From a virus, in IMG/VR virus record IMGVR_UViG_3300047374_000251: 57,667 nt of DNA; one strand, 5' to 3'. Of the stretch, positions 27,784 through 37,917 are shown one piece after another (position 1 is the stretch's first letter; the number at the start of each line of letters is the position of its first letter). A program made the position numbers and the translations under genes. The notes below the pieces were generated by a model that saw nothing but the letters and a program-made list of their open reading frames with translations, did no database searches and was not told the DNA's origin.

Positions 27784-29204
27784 TGTTTTAACTCTTCTCC
27801 CATAACTTCACTAGCTATATTAATTTTTTTACGTAAAGCTTTTACAATACGTTCGTCTACAGTTTTCTCAGCTATAATATCAATGTAGGTCATCTTTCTT
27901 TTTTGACCAATACGATTTATTCTAGCCTCGGATTGAGTACGTTTTTCAAGATCATAACCGTTAGAATAATAAATCATAACATTAGCTTCAGTAAGTGTAA
28001 TACCATAGCCACCTGTTTGAGGTGTACCAACTAAGAATCTAACTTTAGATTCAGGGTCCTGTATTTCTTTAATAGCTTTGGCTCTGTCTTCAGTAGATGT
28101 AGATCCATAATAAGTCATCACGGAACCCGGATATACCTTCTCAATCGCTTTAACAATCGAGTCTATATCATGTCTCCAGTGGGCCCAAATAATAGCTTTA
28201 CCTTCTACCTCTTCTAATATGTTCATCAAAGCAGGGATTCTTTCATTCTTAATTATTTTTAAAGTATCATCATCTGCCTTGAAGTGACCACAAGTAATTT
28301 GTTGCAGTCTCATTAGCTGCACTAATGCAGTTGAAGTAGTCATTAGCTTACCATCCATTTGGGCAAGCGCTACTTGTTTCATTTGATCGTAAAGTTTTTG
28401 TTGTTCTTTACTTAATTGAATAACTCTTTTTTGATAAGTATAATCAGGAAGATCCAAACAGTCTTCTTTTAGTACACGGTCTGAAAACCTAGTTATTTTT
28501 TCTGAGAGTTCAGGTAAGTTTTTATAGCCTACCACTATCTGTGCATTGTGGGTAGGTAGTCTCATGGTACTCATGATTGCGTATCTAGTTCTAAATGCAA
28601 GATAAGAAGTAAAGTCTAATAACCCTTCATCTAAAAATTCACATTGTTTATATAAATCTAATGGAGATTTTGTAATAGGGGATCCCGTTAAGATCCTTCT
28701 ATACTTTGCATGTCTACCTAGTGAACAAATATTTTTAGATCTTTTAGCATCAGGATTTTTTATAGTTGTAGACTCATCAATGGCCATCATTGTTCTATGA
28801 CATCTTAAAAACTTAGCTGCAAACTCCACACCTTTTTCTGTACTAAAAGCATCAACATTCATAATTAAAATATGGAGATCCTCACCTGGTTCAAATAAAG
28901 TATCTAGCTTTTGTTGTTGTGATTTAGTAATGTTAGCTTGCCACAAAACCATTTTTTTATCTATATGGTTTACCATATGTGTAGGTATTTCTGAGTCGAA
29001 CCAGTTTTTATAAACACCTTTAGGTGCAATTAAAAGTAGTCCATTAATTTTACCTTTGTCGTAAAGCATAGATACATTATCTATTAACACTTTAGATTTA
29101 CCCGTACCCATCTCCATGAAGTACGCAAAGTTTTCTTTATTCCACGATTTTTTTAACGCAGATAATTGATGCTCATAAGGCTTCGTTTTAAATTTATAAT
29201 CCAT
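27774..29204 (-). CDS. SNF2/DEAD-like superfamily 2 helicase
   Basis: Motifs MEMGTGKSKV (motif I), AIDESTTIKN (motif II), QLMRLQQITCGH and ARINRIGQ (motif VI). The start was moved to MDYKFKTKPYEHQ at 29204. Confidence 0.85.
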   Translation of the reverse strand: MDYKFKTKPYEHQLSALKKSWNKENFAYFMEMGTGKSKVLIDNVSMLYDKGKINGLLLIAPKGVYKNWFDSEIPTHMVNHIDKKMVLWQANITKSQQQKLDTLFEPGEDLHILIMNVDAFSTEKGVEFAAKFLRCHRTMMAIDESTTIKNPDAKRSKNICSLGRHAKYRRILTGSPITKSPLDLYKQCEFLDEGLLDFTSYLAFRTRYAIMSTMRLPTHNAQIVVGYKNLPELSEKITRFSDRVLKEDCLDLPDYTYQKRVIQLSKEQQKLYDQMKQVALAQMDGKLMTTSTALVQLMRLQQITCGHFKADDDTLKIIKNERIPALMNILEEVEGKAIIWAHWRHDIDSIVKAIEKVYPGSVMTYYGSTSTEDRAKAIKEIQDPESKVRFLVGTPQTGGYGITLTEANVMIYYSNGYDLEKRTQSEARINRIGQKRKMTYIDIIAEKTVDERIVKALRKKINIASEVMGEELKQWI

Positions 29205-29218
29205 AATATTTCTTCTTT

Positions 29219-29260
29219 CTATTGACAGTGATAACATAACCTTATAATAGGTGTCAATAG
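29219..29260. promoter_or_regulatory. Overlapping divergent promoters with mirrored -35 boxes (CTATTGACA ... TGTCAATAG)
   Basis: Plus strand: TTGACA at 29222-29227 and TATAAT at 29243-29248 (15-nt spacer). Minus strand: TTGACA is the reverse complement of 29252-29257. The 9-bp inverted repeat arms are separated by 24 nt. Confidence 0.45.
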
Positions 29261-29267
29261 GAAAGTT

Positions 29268-29618
29268 ATGAACACAGTTTATATTATACAAGAATTGCCA
29301 GGAACTAAAATAGGGACCCCTAAATTTAATATCATGGGAGCACAAAAGTTTGGCACATTAAAAACTTTATTACCAGAACATTCACAAATTATATTATCCC
29401 CTGGTCCATTAATTTTTAAATTAAGAAAGTTATTAGATAAATATACAGAAAACGATTACTTACTACTTACCGGAGATCCTGCAATCATAGGTGTTGCATG
29501 TTCAATTGTGGCAGATAAAACAGGTGGAAAATTTAATTTATTAAAATGGGATAGACAAGAAAAAACTTATTACCCAATAGAAATAAATTTATATGAACAA
29601 GGAAAGATTGAAGAATAA
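29268..29618 (+). CDS. Hypothetical protein
   Basis: 116-aa ORF, the first gene of the rightward early block. Confidence 0.5.
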   Translation: MNTVYIIQELPGTKIGTPKFNIMGAQKFGTLKTLLPEHSQIILSPGPLIFKLRKLLDKYTENDYLLLTGDPAIIGVACSIVADKTGGKFNLLKWDRQEKTYYPIEINLYEQGKIEE

Positions 29619-29620
29619 AC

Positions 29621-29648
29621 TTGACATAGGATATTATGATATTATATT
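29621..29648 (+). promoter_or_regulatory. Sigma70-type promoter: TTGACA, 16-nt spacer, TATATT, with TAGGATAT in the spacer
   Basis: TTGACA at 29621-29626, TAGGATAT at 29627-29634, TATATT at 29643-29648, GAAAGG RBS before the ATG at 29685. Confidence 0.5.
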
Positions 29649-29684
29649 AACAGCATCATTAACTACTACGAAAGGTAAAAAGAC

Positions 29685-30233
29685 ATGAGTATAAACTTAG
29701 AAGAAGACAAAGTCGATTCGTTAGCAAACACGAATGACATGAAAGAATTATCTGAACAGGTTATTAAATTAAGAACCTTGGAAGATAAGTTCGCTGCAAA
29801 AGAAGAAGAATTAAAAAAACTAAAAAATGATATGGACGTTTTATCTGGTGAGGTTATACCTACGATGATGACAGAAATGAATATATCAAAATTTAGTTTA
29901 TCAGATGGGGCTGGCGTAGAAGTCAAACCCGTCTATGGTGCTTCAATTCCTAAAGCAAAACAGGAAGAAGCATTTGACTGGCTTCGTAAAAATGGCTTAG
30001 GGGATCTTATTAAAAATGAGATTACCGTTTCCTTTGGTCGTAACGAAGATAACAAGGCGGCAGATTATGCTGTCCTTGCGCAAGGTCAAGGGTATCAACC
30101 CACCCAGAAGTTAAAGGTTGAGCCCATGACACTTAAAGCATTGGTTCGTGAGCGTATCGAAAAGGGTGATGATATGCCCACGGATCTATTTAACGTGTTC
30201 GCAGGAAACAGAACCAAAATAACAAGGAAATAG
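29685..30233 (+). CDS. Hypothetical replication/recombination-module protein with an N-terminal coiled coil
   Basis: 182-aa ORF paired with 30238-31020. Confidence 0.5.
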   Translation: MSINLEEDKVDSLANTNDMKELSEQVIKLRTLEDKFAAKEEELKKLKNDMDVLSGEVIPTMMTEMNISKFSLSDGAGVEVKPVYGASIPKAKQEEAFDWLRKNGLGDLIKNEITVSFGRNEDNKAADYAVLAQGQGYQPTQKLKVEPMTLKALVRERIEKGDDMPTDLFNVFAGNRTKITRK

Positions 30234-30237
30234 AAAC

Positions 30238-31020
30238 ATGAACAAAGAACCAACAATAAAGAAAAATGGTGCATTGTCTACAAACATAGTGTTTGAAGCA
30301 GATGCAAATGTGCAGACTGGAGTGGTAGGACAAGATGATCTTGCATTACCATTTCTTAAAATACTTGGACAGTTATCTCCAGAAGTAAATAAGAGAGACG
30401 GCAAGTATGTTGAAGGTGCTGAACCTGGAATGATTTATAATTCAGTGACAGGTGAACTCTTCAATGGTGAAAAAGGAGTCCCAGTGATTCCATGTTACTA
30501 CAAACTCGAGTATGTCGAGTGGAAAGATAGAGGAAAAGATGGATCTGGTGCGCCAGTTAATATCTATCCTGCATCTAGTGACATCATGACTAAAACAACT
30601 AGAGGTGCAGACTTTAAAGATAGACTTCCAAACGGTAATTATATCGAAAAAACTGCGCAGCATTTTGTGGTAGTCAATAGTAGTTCGCCAACCACTGCGT
30701 TGATTGCTATGAAGTCTACTCAACTTAAGGTTAGTAGAAAATGGAATAGCATGATGCAAAGTATAAAGTTGCAGGGTAAGAACGGTATGTTTACACCAGC
30801 AACTTTTAGCCATCTTTATCAGCTAAAAACCGTACAACAGTCTAACGACAAAGGTACATGGTTTGGTTGGGAAGTGAGCAAGATAGGTCTAATTGAAGAT
30901 GCCGCGTTGTATCAACAAGCTAGAAGTTTTTCTGAAAGCATTTCAAAAGGAGATGTTCAAGTTAAACATGGCGAAGAAGATACTGCGAAGTCTTCGGATG
31001 GATCAGTTCACATTATGTAA
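30238..31020 (+). CDS. Conserved phage replication-module protein (possible ssDNA-binding protein)
   Basis: 260 aa, LPFLKILGQLS.. pattern, position beside the primase. The SSB assignment is a guess from context. Confidence 0.35.
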   Translation: MNKEPTIKKNGALSTNIVFEADANVQTGVVGQDDLALPFLKILGQLSPEVNKRDGKYVEGAEPGMIYNSVTGELFNGEKGVPVIPCYYKLEYVEWKDRGKDGSGAPVNIYPASSDIMTKTTRGADFKDRLPNGNYIEKTAQHFVVVNSSSPTTALIAMKSTQLKVSRKWNSMMQSIKLQGKNGMFTPATFSHLYQLKTVQQSNDKGTWFGWEVSKIGLIEDAALYQQARSFSESISKGDVQVKHGEEDTAKSSDGSVHIM

Positions 31021-31091
31021 AATTCCCTCCGGGAATAGTTGCAACAGGGGTGGCAAAGCGAGAGTAGAGTCACCCCTACTAAAGAGGAAAG

Positions 31092-32714
31092 ATGGAAAAT
31101 AAATTTATAGAAATATTTACAGGTCTTAAAAGAGATTATGGTTACGCAGATATAAACTCTGCATACAAAGACCCAGCGACGGGTAAACTAAAATTAAAAT
31201 ATGGCTGGGCAGCAAAAGAATTATTAGAGTCCGATTATTTAGATCATCTTACAGGTAAAAAGTCTATTGGTATTCAACCTTGCAATGACGAAGGACTAGC
31301 AAAGTTCGGAGCAATTGATATAGACTCTGATGAGTATGACAATTTTGATTTAAGAAAATATTTAGAAATTATTGATAAAAAAAATATTCCAGTAATACCC
31401 GTTAAATCTAAAAGCGGTGGACTACATATTTATGTGTTTTTTAAAGAGCCGGTCAAAGCGAGTTTTGTAAGAAACTTTTTAGACAAATTACTATTTACAT
31501 TTGATTTAAAAGCATCAACAGAAATATTTCCAAAGCAAACACAACTTGGTGTAGGCTCCGATCAAAAACCAATCAACGGTAATTTTATTAATCTACCTTA
31601 TTACAATCGTAATGAAAGAGTGGGTGTAAATTTAGATGGTACTGAGTTTACCTTTGAGCAATTTATAAAAGTCGTCGAGGCTAACACAAAAACAAAAGAA
31701 GAACTAGAAGAATTTGCAGATGAATTAATTAGACTAGAACTTACTGGTGGTGCAGATGAATTTATAGATGGTCCTGTATGTTTACAAAGATTATCAAAAT
31801 CTAAATTAGATGATTACAGAGACAGATTTATTTATAACTATATGGTTTTTGCCAAAAAGAAATACCCTGACAATTGGGAAGAAAAACTTTTAGAAGGTGC
31901 TAGAAATTATATTGTTTACGATAACATATGGGGTGATGAGAAAGTAAAACAAAAAATTAAAGCTTACAAAAAAGATACTGCAGGCCATACTTGTTCAGAA
32001 GAACCTATCAATAGTATGTGTGTTAAATCAGAATGTTTGAAAAGAAAGTTTGGTGTAGCATCAGACAAAGTAAAAAGATTTCCAACACTATCTGCACTTA
32101 TTAAAATAACTCATGTACCAGATCCTGAATTTAGATTTACTGTTCATTATAACGATAAGGTTGAGGGTGAAACTACGCAGCAAATAATTGCAAAAGATAT
32201 TAATTATATGATGGACCAAGAAAAACTTAGACGTTTGATAGGCGCACATACCCCTGTTCCACCTCCCCGAATAAAAGATAATGACATGCAAACTATTCTA
32301 GACAATCTATGGCAAGGAATGAAGATACAAAAAGCTCCTCCAGGGACTTCTCCAAAAGAGATATTACATAAACATTTAGAGGATTATATTTATGGTGTTC
32401 CAGCTGTAAGTGACGCTGCATTCAGAAGTGGTAGTACATTAATAGATACGGATGGTTATGCCTATTTTGTATACGATCCTTTTTATAATTTTTTAAAGAA
32501 TAAAGAATGGAAAATTAAAATAGATAAGACAGGACAAATGTTAATAGATTTTTTCAAAGCGGAACTGGGACATGGCAAAAGATATCCTAAAAAGTCTACA
32601 CAAAAAAAATCAAACAATCCAGTAAGATGTGTAAAAATTTCTATGAGTAATTTTAAAAAAGAAGAAAATGAAATAGAGATTTTACCAATGAAGAGTAAAA
32701 AAGATATTCTTTAA
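31092..32714 (+). CDS. Archaeo-eukaryotic-type primase (prim-pol) protein
   Basis: Motifs FGAIDIDSDEYD (DxD) and SKSGGLHIYVFF (sGGxH), typical of AEP/Prim-Pol N-terminal domains. 540 aa. Confidence 0.7.
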   Translation: MENKFIEIFTGLKRDYGYADINSAYKDPATGKLKLKYGWAAKELLESDYLDHLTGKKSIGIQPCNDEGLAKFGAIDIDSDEYDNFDLRKYLEIIDKKNIPVIPVKSKSGGLHIYVFFKEPVKASFVRNFLDKLLFTFDLKASTEIFPKQTQLGVGSDQKPINGNFINLPYYNRNERVGVNLDGTEFTFEQFIKVVEANTKTKEELEEFADELIRLELTGGADEFIDGPVCLQRLSKSKLDDYRDRFIYNYMVFAKKKYPDNWEEKLLEGARNYIVYDNIWGDEKVKQKIKAYKKDTAGHTCSEEPINSMCVKSECLKRKFGVASDKVKRFPTLSALIKITHVPDPEFRFTVHYNDKVEGETTQQIIAKDINYMMDQEKLRRLIGAHTPVPPPRIKDNDMQTILDNLWQGMKIQKAPPGTSPKEILHKHLEDYIYGVPAVSDAAFRSGSTLIDTDGYAYFVYDPFYNFLKNKEWKIKIDKTGQMLIDFFKAELGHGKRYPKKSTQKKSNNPVRCVKISMSNFKKEENEIEILPMKSKKDIL

Positions 32715-34159
32715 TGACAAAGGTTACAAAGATTTATGGCCCTCCAGGTACAGGGAAAACGGAAAAGTTAATTCGAAGAGCCATGGCCTACATAAGAGTA
32801 GGTACTCCAGTAAATAAAATAGGTTACTTTGCATTTACTCGTAAAGCAGCGCATGAAGCAAGAGATAGAATGCTTAAGAAAAATCCTCAGTATAAGAAAA
32901 AACAACTTAGATATTTTCAAACATTACACTCTTTAGCTTTTCATAGTTTAGGACTTAGAGAAGAGAACGTTATGCAAGACTATCACTATAATGATCTTGG
33001 AAAATTATTAAGTATAAGAGTCAATGCTAAAAAAGACTCTGATGCTTCACCTTACTTAACCTGCGATAATGAATATTTTCAAATTATTTTAAAAGCAAAA
33101 GAAAAAGATATTTCAGTGTGGGAAGAATATTGTACTGGAGAACATTCAACAAATGTAAAACCTGATTTGTTAAAACATATTGAGGCAAACTATAATCACT
33201 ACAAACATCCAGACATAAATAACTTAGTAGACTTTACCGATATGATTCATAATATTGTGCAGCAACCAAACAAAGTTCCAAACTTTGATGTAGTCTTTAT
33301 TGATGAAGCTCAGGATCTATCTCCCATACAATGGAAACTGTATGACATATTAAAATCTAAATCAAAAAATATTTATTTAGCTGGTGATGATGACCAGGCA
33401 ATTTACGGTTGGGCCGGAGCAGATGTAGATAGATTTATTCAAGAGCCTGCTGCGGAAAAAGTATTATCAAAATCTAGAAGGATTCCAATAGCAGTACAAG
33501 ATGTGTCAGAAATTATTACGGCACGAATCGCAGGACTTAGAGCCACTAAAAATTATTTACCAAGAGATGAAGAAGGATTGTGTAGTAAAATCAATAGCTT
33601 AGAGAATGTAGATCTTTACCAGGACAAGTGGTTAATCTTAACTAGAACTTTGTCTAGAGCTAAAGAAGTATGTGATTTATTAAAAGTAAAAGGTTTGTAT
33701 TATGAAAACAAACATCAAAAAAGTTACAACACTAAACTTTACAAAGCAATTGTTAATCATAACAAATGGTTAAATGGTGAAACAATAACTGATACAGCTA
33801 GAGCAGATATAATAGAATACTTAGGAAATAGAGAACTTGTAAAAGATTTAAAATGGTTTGAATGTTTTGACAATGCACCGGCTGATGAAAAAATTTATAT
33901 AAGATTAATGTTGTCAAATAAAGAAAAATTAAGTGATGATGCAAGAATCAAAGTATCTACTATTCATGCTGCAAAAGGAGGTGAATGTAAAAACGTAATT
34001 TTAGTATTAGATAATGCTAAAAAAATAAGAGAAGCTACTACCAATAGCATAATAAAACGTGACGAAGAGCATAGAGTATGGTATGTAGGTTGTACGAGAG
34101 CAAAAAGAAACTTGTATTTAATGAGAGCAAAAATAGAACGAAAGGGATATCCATTATGA
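32714..34159 (+). CDS. Superfamily 1 (UvrD/PcrA-like) DNA helicase
   Basis: Motifs IYGPPGTGKT (Walker A), VVFIDEAQDLS (Walker B), STIHAAKGGE and WYVGCTRAK. Confidence 0.85.
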   Translation: MTKVTKIYGPPGTGKTEKLIRRAMAYIRVGTPVNKIGYFAFTRKAAHEARDRMLKKNPQYKKKQLRYFQTLHSLAFHSLGLREENVMQDYHYNDLGKLLSIRVNAKKDSDASPYLTCDNEYFQIILKAKEKDISVWEEYCTGEHSTNVKPDLLKHIEANYNHYKHPDINNLVDFTDMIHNIVQQPNKVPNFDVVFIDEAQDLSPIQWKLYDILKSKSKNIYLAGDDDQAIYGWAGADVDRFIQEPAAEKVLSKSRRIPIAVQDVSEIITARIAGLRATKNYLPRDEEGLCSKINSLENVDLYQDKWLILTRTLSRAKEVCDLLKVKGLYYENKHQKSYNTKLYKAIVNHNKWLNGETITDTARADIIEYLGNRELVKDLKWFECFDNAPADEKIYIRLMLSNKEKLSDDARIKVSTIHAAKGGECKNVILVLDNAKKIREATTNSIIKRDEEHRVWYVGCTRAKRNLYLMRAKIERKGYPL

Positions 34160-34404
34160 CATCAGAAGATATATTTAAAGAATCATTTCCACAATACACT
34201 CAGGTAGGCGGGAATCACTATACAAAATTTCCTATTCAACCTTATGAGTTTATTTCTAAAAATGATTTATCATTTTTTCAAGGCAACGTTGTGAAGTACG
34301 TTTGTAGGTATCAGAGAAAAGGTGGGGTTGAAGATCTTAAAAAGATTGTACATTATTGTCAATTAGAAATGTTAAAAATAAATGACATGAAAAAGAAAAA
34401 GTAA
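34156..34404 (+). CDS. DUF3310-family protein
   Basis: Motifs GGNHYTKFPIQPYEFI, GNVVKYVCRYQRKGG and DLKKIVHYCQ. The start was moved to the ATG at 34156, which overlaps the helicase stop. Confidence 0.7.
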   Translation: MTSEDIFKESFPQYTQVGGNHYTKFPIQPYEFISKNDLSFFQGNVVKYVCRYQRKGGVEDLKKIVHYCQLEMLKINDMKKKK

Positions 34405-34598
34405 TGCCTAGAAAAAATTATAAACGTAAAACTATCACAGTGAATAAACATAAATTTTATTTAGAAATTTATCATAATTTAATTGATTGGGAGATATTTC
34501 CTTACAACCATGATGCAGCTTTGTATGCATTTAGTAATAAAGATAAATTAAATAAAATAGTAACTAATAAATATATATATGAGGTAAAAAATGATTAA
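34404..34598 (+). CDS. Hypothetical protein
   Basis: 64-aa ORF, TAATG-coupled. Confidence 0.45.
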   Translation: MPRKNYKRKTITVNKHKFYLEIYHNLIDWEIFPYNHDAALYAFSNKDKLNKIVTNKYIYEVKND

Positions 34599-35169
34599 AG
34601 ATGAATTAGATATAAAAGCTTTTTACAAAGGAAAAGAAGTTAAAATAATTGAGTTACATCATTTAGGTTTTTTTTATAGTGGACTTACAACTCTTGCAAC
34701 TAAATGGAAAGTAAAACCTTTTGATGTTTTAATGAAAGACGTTAGTGATGAAACCACTCAAGCTGCTTTAAACATTATGATTGGTTTAATATATAAAGAT
34801 ATGTGTACTAAAAGTGGACCGGTAATAAATCTTAAAAAATTTAAAAACGAAATGTTGTTAAAAAATAAAAAACCAAAAGTATTTTTAATGGAGTCTGATT
34901 ATTTAAAAATTCCTGACAATGATTTTGATAATGGAATGGGGTTTTTAAAAAAAATTGGTTTCATAGGACAGGATACGTATCATAACTATATTGCAATTAA
35001 TAATTCGATTATGGATTATTGTAGAAAATTAGGTAATTATCTTTTTAATACTTGGTATTGCCAAGAGTCTTTTAAAAGAAATACTCATTACTTTGGTGAT
35101 CATAATAGTTATGATCATTATAAAGCTTCTCAAGAACGAAAACAAATTAGTAATAAAACTTTAAATTAA
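34591..35169 (+). CDS. Hypothetical protein
   Basis: 192-aa ORF. Confidence 0.5.
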   Translation: MIKDELDIKAFYKGKEVKIIELHHLGFFYSGLTTLATKWKVKPFDVLMKDVSDETTQAALNIMIGLIYKDMCTKSGPVINLKKFKNEMLLKNKKPKVFLMESDYLKIPDNDFDNGMGFLKKIGFIGQDTYHNYIAINNSIMDYCRKLGNYLFNTWYCQESFKRNTHYFGDHNSYDHYKASQERKQISNKTLN

Positions 35170-35170
35170 A

Positions 35171-37027
35171 ATGAAAGTACCTCTATTTGAAGCACAAACC
35201 GAATGGAATGAACCAGAGGAATATCCAGATCTAAGAAAATACGACGAGATAGCAATTGACTTAGAGACAAGAGATCCTGATTTAAAATCTAAAGGTAGTG
35301 GATCTATTATTGGTAATGGTGAAGTAGTAGGTATTGCTGTTGCCGTACCTGGTAGAAAATTTTATTTCCCAATTGCTCACGGATCAGGGCCAAACATGGA
35401 TCGTAAAAAGACTTTAGAGTGGTTCAAAGATGTTTGTGAATCAGATGCTATAAAAATATTTCATAATGCAATGTATGATGTTTGTTGGATTAAATCTATG
35501 GGCATACAAATCAATGGACAGATAGTCGACACTATGATTGCAGCATCATTAATTGATGAAAATAGATTTAGATTTGATTTAAATAGTTTGTCTTGGGATT
35601 ATTTAGGTCATGGTAAAAACGAGTCTGCACTAAATGAAGAAGCAAAGTCTAGAGGACTAGATCCTAAAGCAGATATGTGGCAACTGCCAGCAATGTATGT
35701 TGGATCTTACGCAGAGAAAGATGCAGAACTTACATTAGAACTTTGGCAGATATTTAAAAAAGAATTACTGCATCAAGATGTTGAGTCTATTTTTGAACTC
35801 GAAACAGATTTGTTTCCTTGTCTGGTAGACATGAGATTTCTTGGGGTGAAAGTGGACGTTCAAAGAGCTCATAAATTAAAGAAACAATTAACATTAGAAG
35901 AAGAAACATTACTCCACCAAATAAAAAAAGAAACAGGAGTAGATGTTCAATTAATGGCTGCAAGAAGTGTTGCCAAAGTTTTTGACAAACTTGGTTTAAC
36001 TTATGAAAGAACTGCAAAATCACAAGCACCCTCTTTTACTAAAAATTTTATTTCTAATCATGAACATCCTGTAGTTAGAATGATAGCTAAAGCTAGGGAA
36101 GTTAATAAGGCTCATACTACTTTTATAGATACCATAATTAAACATGAACATAAAGGTCGTATCCATGCTGACATAAATCAAATAAGGTCAGATCAAGGCG
36201 GAACTGTGACCGGAAGATTCTCTTATTCAAACCCTAATTTACAGCAACTTCCTGCCAGAAATAAGGACCTTGGACCTATGATTAGGTCTATTTTTATACC
36301 CGAGAAGGGCCATAGATGGGGTAGTTTTGACTATTCTCAGCAAGAGCCTAGGTTGGTAGTGCATTATGCAGCTTTACACAAATTTCCGTCTGTAAATGAC
36401 GTTATAGATAATTATGAAAATGACACCTCAACGGACTTTCACCAGGTTGTAGCAGACATGGCAAAGATTCCAAGATCACAAGCCAAGGTAATTAATCTTG
36501 GATTGTTCTACGGTATGGGTAAAGCCAAACTCCAGGCCGAACTTGGTGTATCAAAAGACAAAGCAGTAGAATTGTTCGATCAATACCACGCTAAAGTTCC
36601 CTTCGTTAAGCAGTTAATGAATAGTGCTTCCAATCGTGCCCAAGAGCGTGGTCAAATTCGAACTCTCTTGGGACGATTGTGTAGGTTTCATTTGTGGGAG
36701 CCTAATCAATTCGGTATGCATAAAGCATTGCCTCACGAAGAAGCACTACAGGAACACGGACCAGGGATTAGAAGAGCGTTTACTTACAAAGCATTAAATA
36801 AATTAATACAAGGAAGTGCTGCTGACATGACAAAAAAAGCTATGTTAGATTTATATAAAAACGGTATAATAGCACACGTACAAATTCACGATGAACTTTG
36901 TATTTCTGTAAAAGATCAAAAGCAAGCAGATGAGATTGTTGAGATCATGCAGAATGCAGTTACTTTAGAAGTCCCCAATAAAGTAGACTGCGAATTAGCA
37001 AACAATTGGGGAGATATTAATGGTTGA
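35171..37027 (+). CDS. Family A DNA polymerase with 3'-5' exonuclease domain
   Basis: ExoI IAIDLET, ExoII HNAMYDVCW, ExoIII YAEKDAELT, motif A FDYSQQEPRL, motif B RSQAKVINLGLFYGMG, motif C VQIHDEL. Confidence 0.93.
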   Translation: MKVPLFEAQTEWNEPEEYPDLRKYDEIAIDLETRDPDLKSKGSGSIIGNGEVVGIAVAVPGRKFYFPIAHGSGPNMDRKKTLEWFKDVCESDAIKIFHNAMYDVCWIKSMGIQINGQIVDTMIAASLIDENRFRFDLNSLSWDYLGHGKNESALNEEAKSRGLDPKADMWQLPAMYVGSYAEKDAELTLELWQIFKKELLHQDVESIFELETDLFPCLVDMRFLGVKVDVQRAHKLKKQLTLEEETLLHQIKKETGVDVQLMAARSVAKVFDKLGLTYERTAKSQAPSFTKNFISNHEHPVVRMIAKAREVNKAHTTFIDTIIKHEHKGRIHADINQIRSDQGGTVTGRFSYSNPNLQQLPARNKDLGPMIRSIFIPEKGHRWGSFDYSQQEPRLVVHYAALHKFPSVNDVIDNYENDTSTDFHQVVADMAKIPRSQAKVINLGLFYGMGKAKLQAELGVSKDKAVELFDQYHAKVPFVKQLMNSASNRAQERGQIRTLLGRLCRFHLWEPNQFGMHKALPHEEALQEHGPGIRRAFTYKALNKLIQGSAADMTKKAMLDLYKNGIIAHVQIHDELCISVKDQKQADEIVEIMQNAVTLEVPNKVDCELANNWGDING

Positions 37028-37680
37028 TTATGTCTTATTTAAATGCGAACATACCTATTCAATACGCACAAATACGAAGGGAGTATTTATATGATCTTAA
37101 AAAACATAAAGGAGAAGTCGAAGACTGTATTATCTTTGGCCTCACAAGTATGGGCGGTCGTGCTATCTTATGGCATGCCCTTATGGAAAACGGTGCAGTC
37201 TTTTATCGTCTCCCAATTACGGCTTTTATTCAACGTGGTTATGAACCCTCAGCTGTTCCACATAAGAGACTTGATGAATTGGAACTTTGGAATTCTTTTA
37301 GTTATTATCCTGCTGTTACTAGTTGGAATATTTTAACCGCAGCTTCAGGAAAATACATAGGTAAGGACAAAAAATGGCATCATGGGTCCTATTTATTTAC
37401 TGTTGACTGGGCTCATCCAGATAGTAATATAATAGATTCTGATCATTCAGAAATACCACACGAACACAAGTGTGCTCACATAATAGCCTTAGATGACGGC
37501 AATTATGCGGCTCAACCTAACAACAGATGCATTTGGGATCTGCCTTCTTTTACAGTAAAGGACAATATTCCTGACTGGAAAGTACAAACTAACGAATGGA
37601 ATGTAGAAGATACGGGTCGATGGAAAACAGAAGATACCGATAATTTCTTTTACGAAATTGAGGAGAAAAAACATGATTAA
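37024..37680 (+). CDS. Hypothetical protein
   Basis: 218-aa ORF coupled (ATGA) to the polymerase gene. Confidence 0.55.
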   Translation: MIMSYLNANIPIQYAQIRREYLYDLKKHKGEVEDCIIFGLTSMGGRAILWHALMENGAVFYRLPITAFIQRGYEPSAVPHKRLDELELWNSFSYYPAVTSWNILTAASGKYIGKDKKWHHGSYLFTVDWAHPDSNIIDSDHSEIPHEHKCAHIIALDDGNYAAQPNNRCIWDLPSFTVKDNIPDWKVQTNEWNVEDTGRWKTEDTDNFFYEIEEKKHD

Positions 37681-37825
37681 TGTTGTAAATGGAATATGCA
37701 CGGACTGTGGACATAGACACAGAGGAATTGCACAATGTAGTTTTTGTGATTGTGTTTGGGAAAAAATAAGCATGATTAAAAAAATAAAAGAATTTTTAAG
37801 AAGATTAATTTTTTGGACTAGATGA
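37673..37825 (+). CDS. Small zinc-ribbon protein (50 aa, not in the ORF track)
   Basis: CTDCGH..(8)..CSFCDC. Overlaps its neighbours by 8 and 4 nt. Confidence 0.4.
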   Translation: MINVVNGICTDCGHRHRGIAQCSFCDCVWEKISMIKKIKEFLRRLIFWTR

Positions 37826-37917
37826 TTATGGAGTATCTGAGGATGAACTATTATTTTACAGGCGTCCTAATATTAGGTTTTTTATTTTTAGCTCTTTGTG
37901 GAGGACCAGTTAGATGA
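37822..37917 (+). CDS. Very small membrane protein (31 aa, not in the ORF track)
   Basis: YYFTGVLILGFLFLALCGG hydrophobic core. ATGA coupling on both sides. Confidence 0.3.
   Translation: MIMEYLRMNYYFTGVLILGFLFLALCGGPVR

Noticed and set aside
31022-31077. Two hairpins (ATTCCC..GGGAAT and AGGGGTG..CACCCCT) before the primase gene, considered as terminator or riboswitch
   Set aside because: The stems are short, there is no U-tract, and I recognise no conserved riboswitch core. I kept this only as a note because the evidence is too weak for a feature call.
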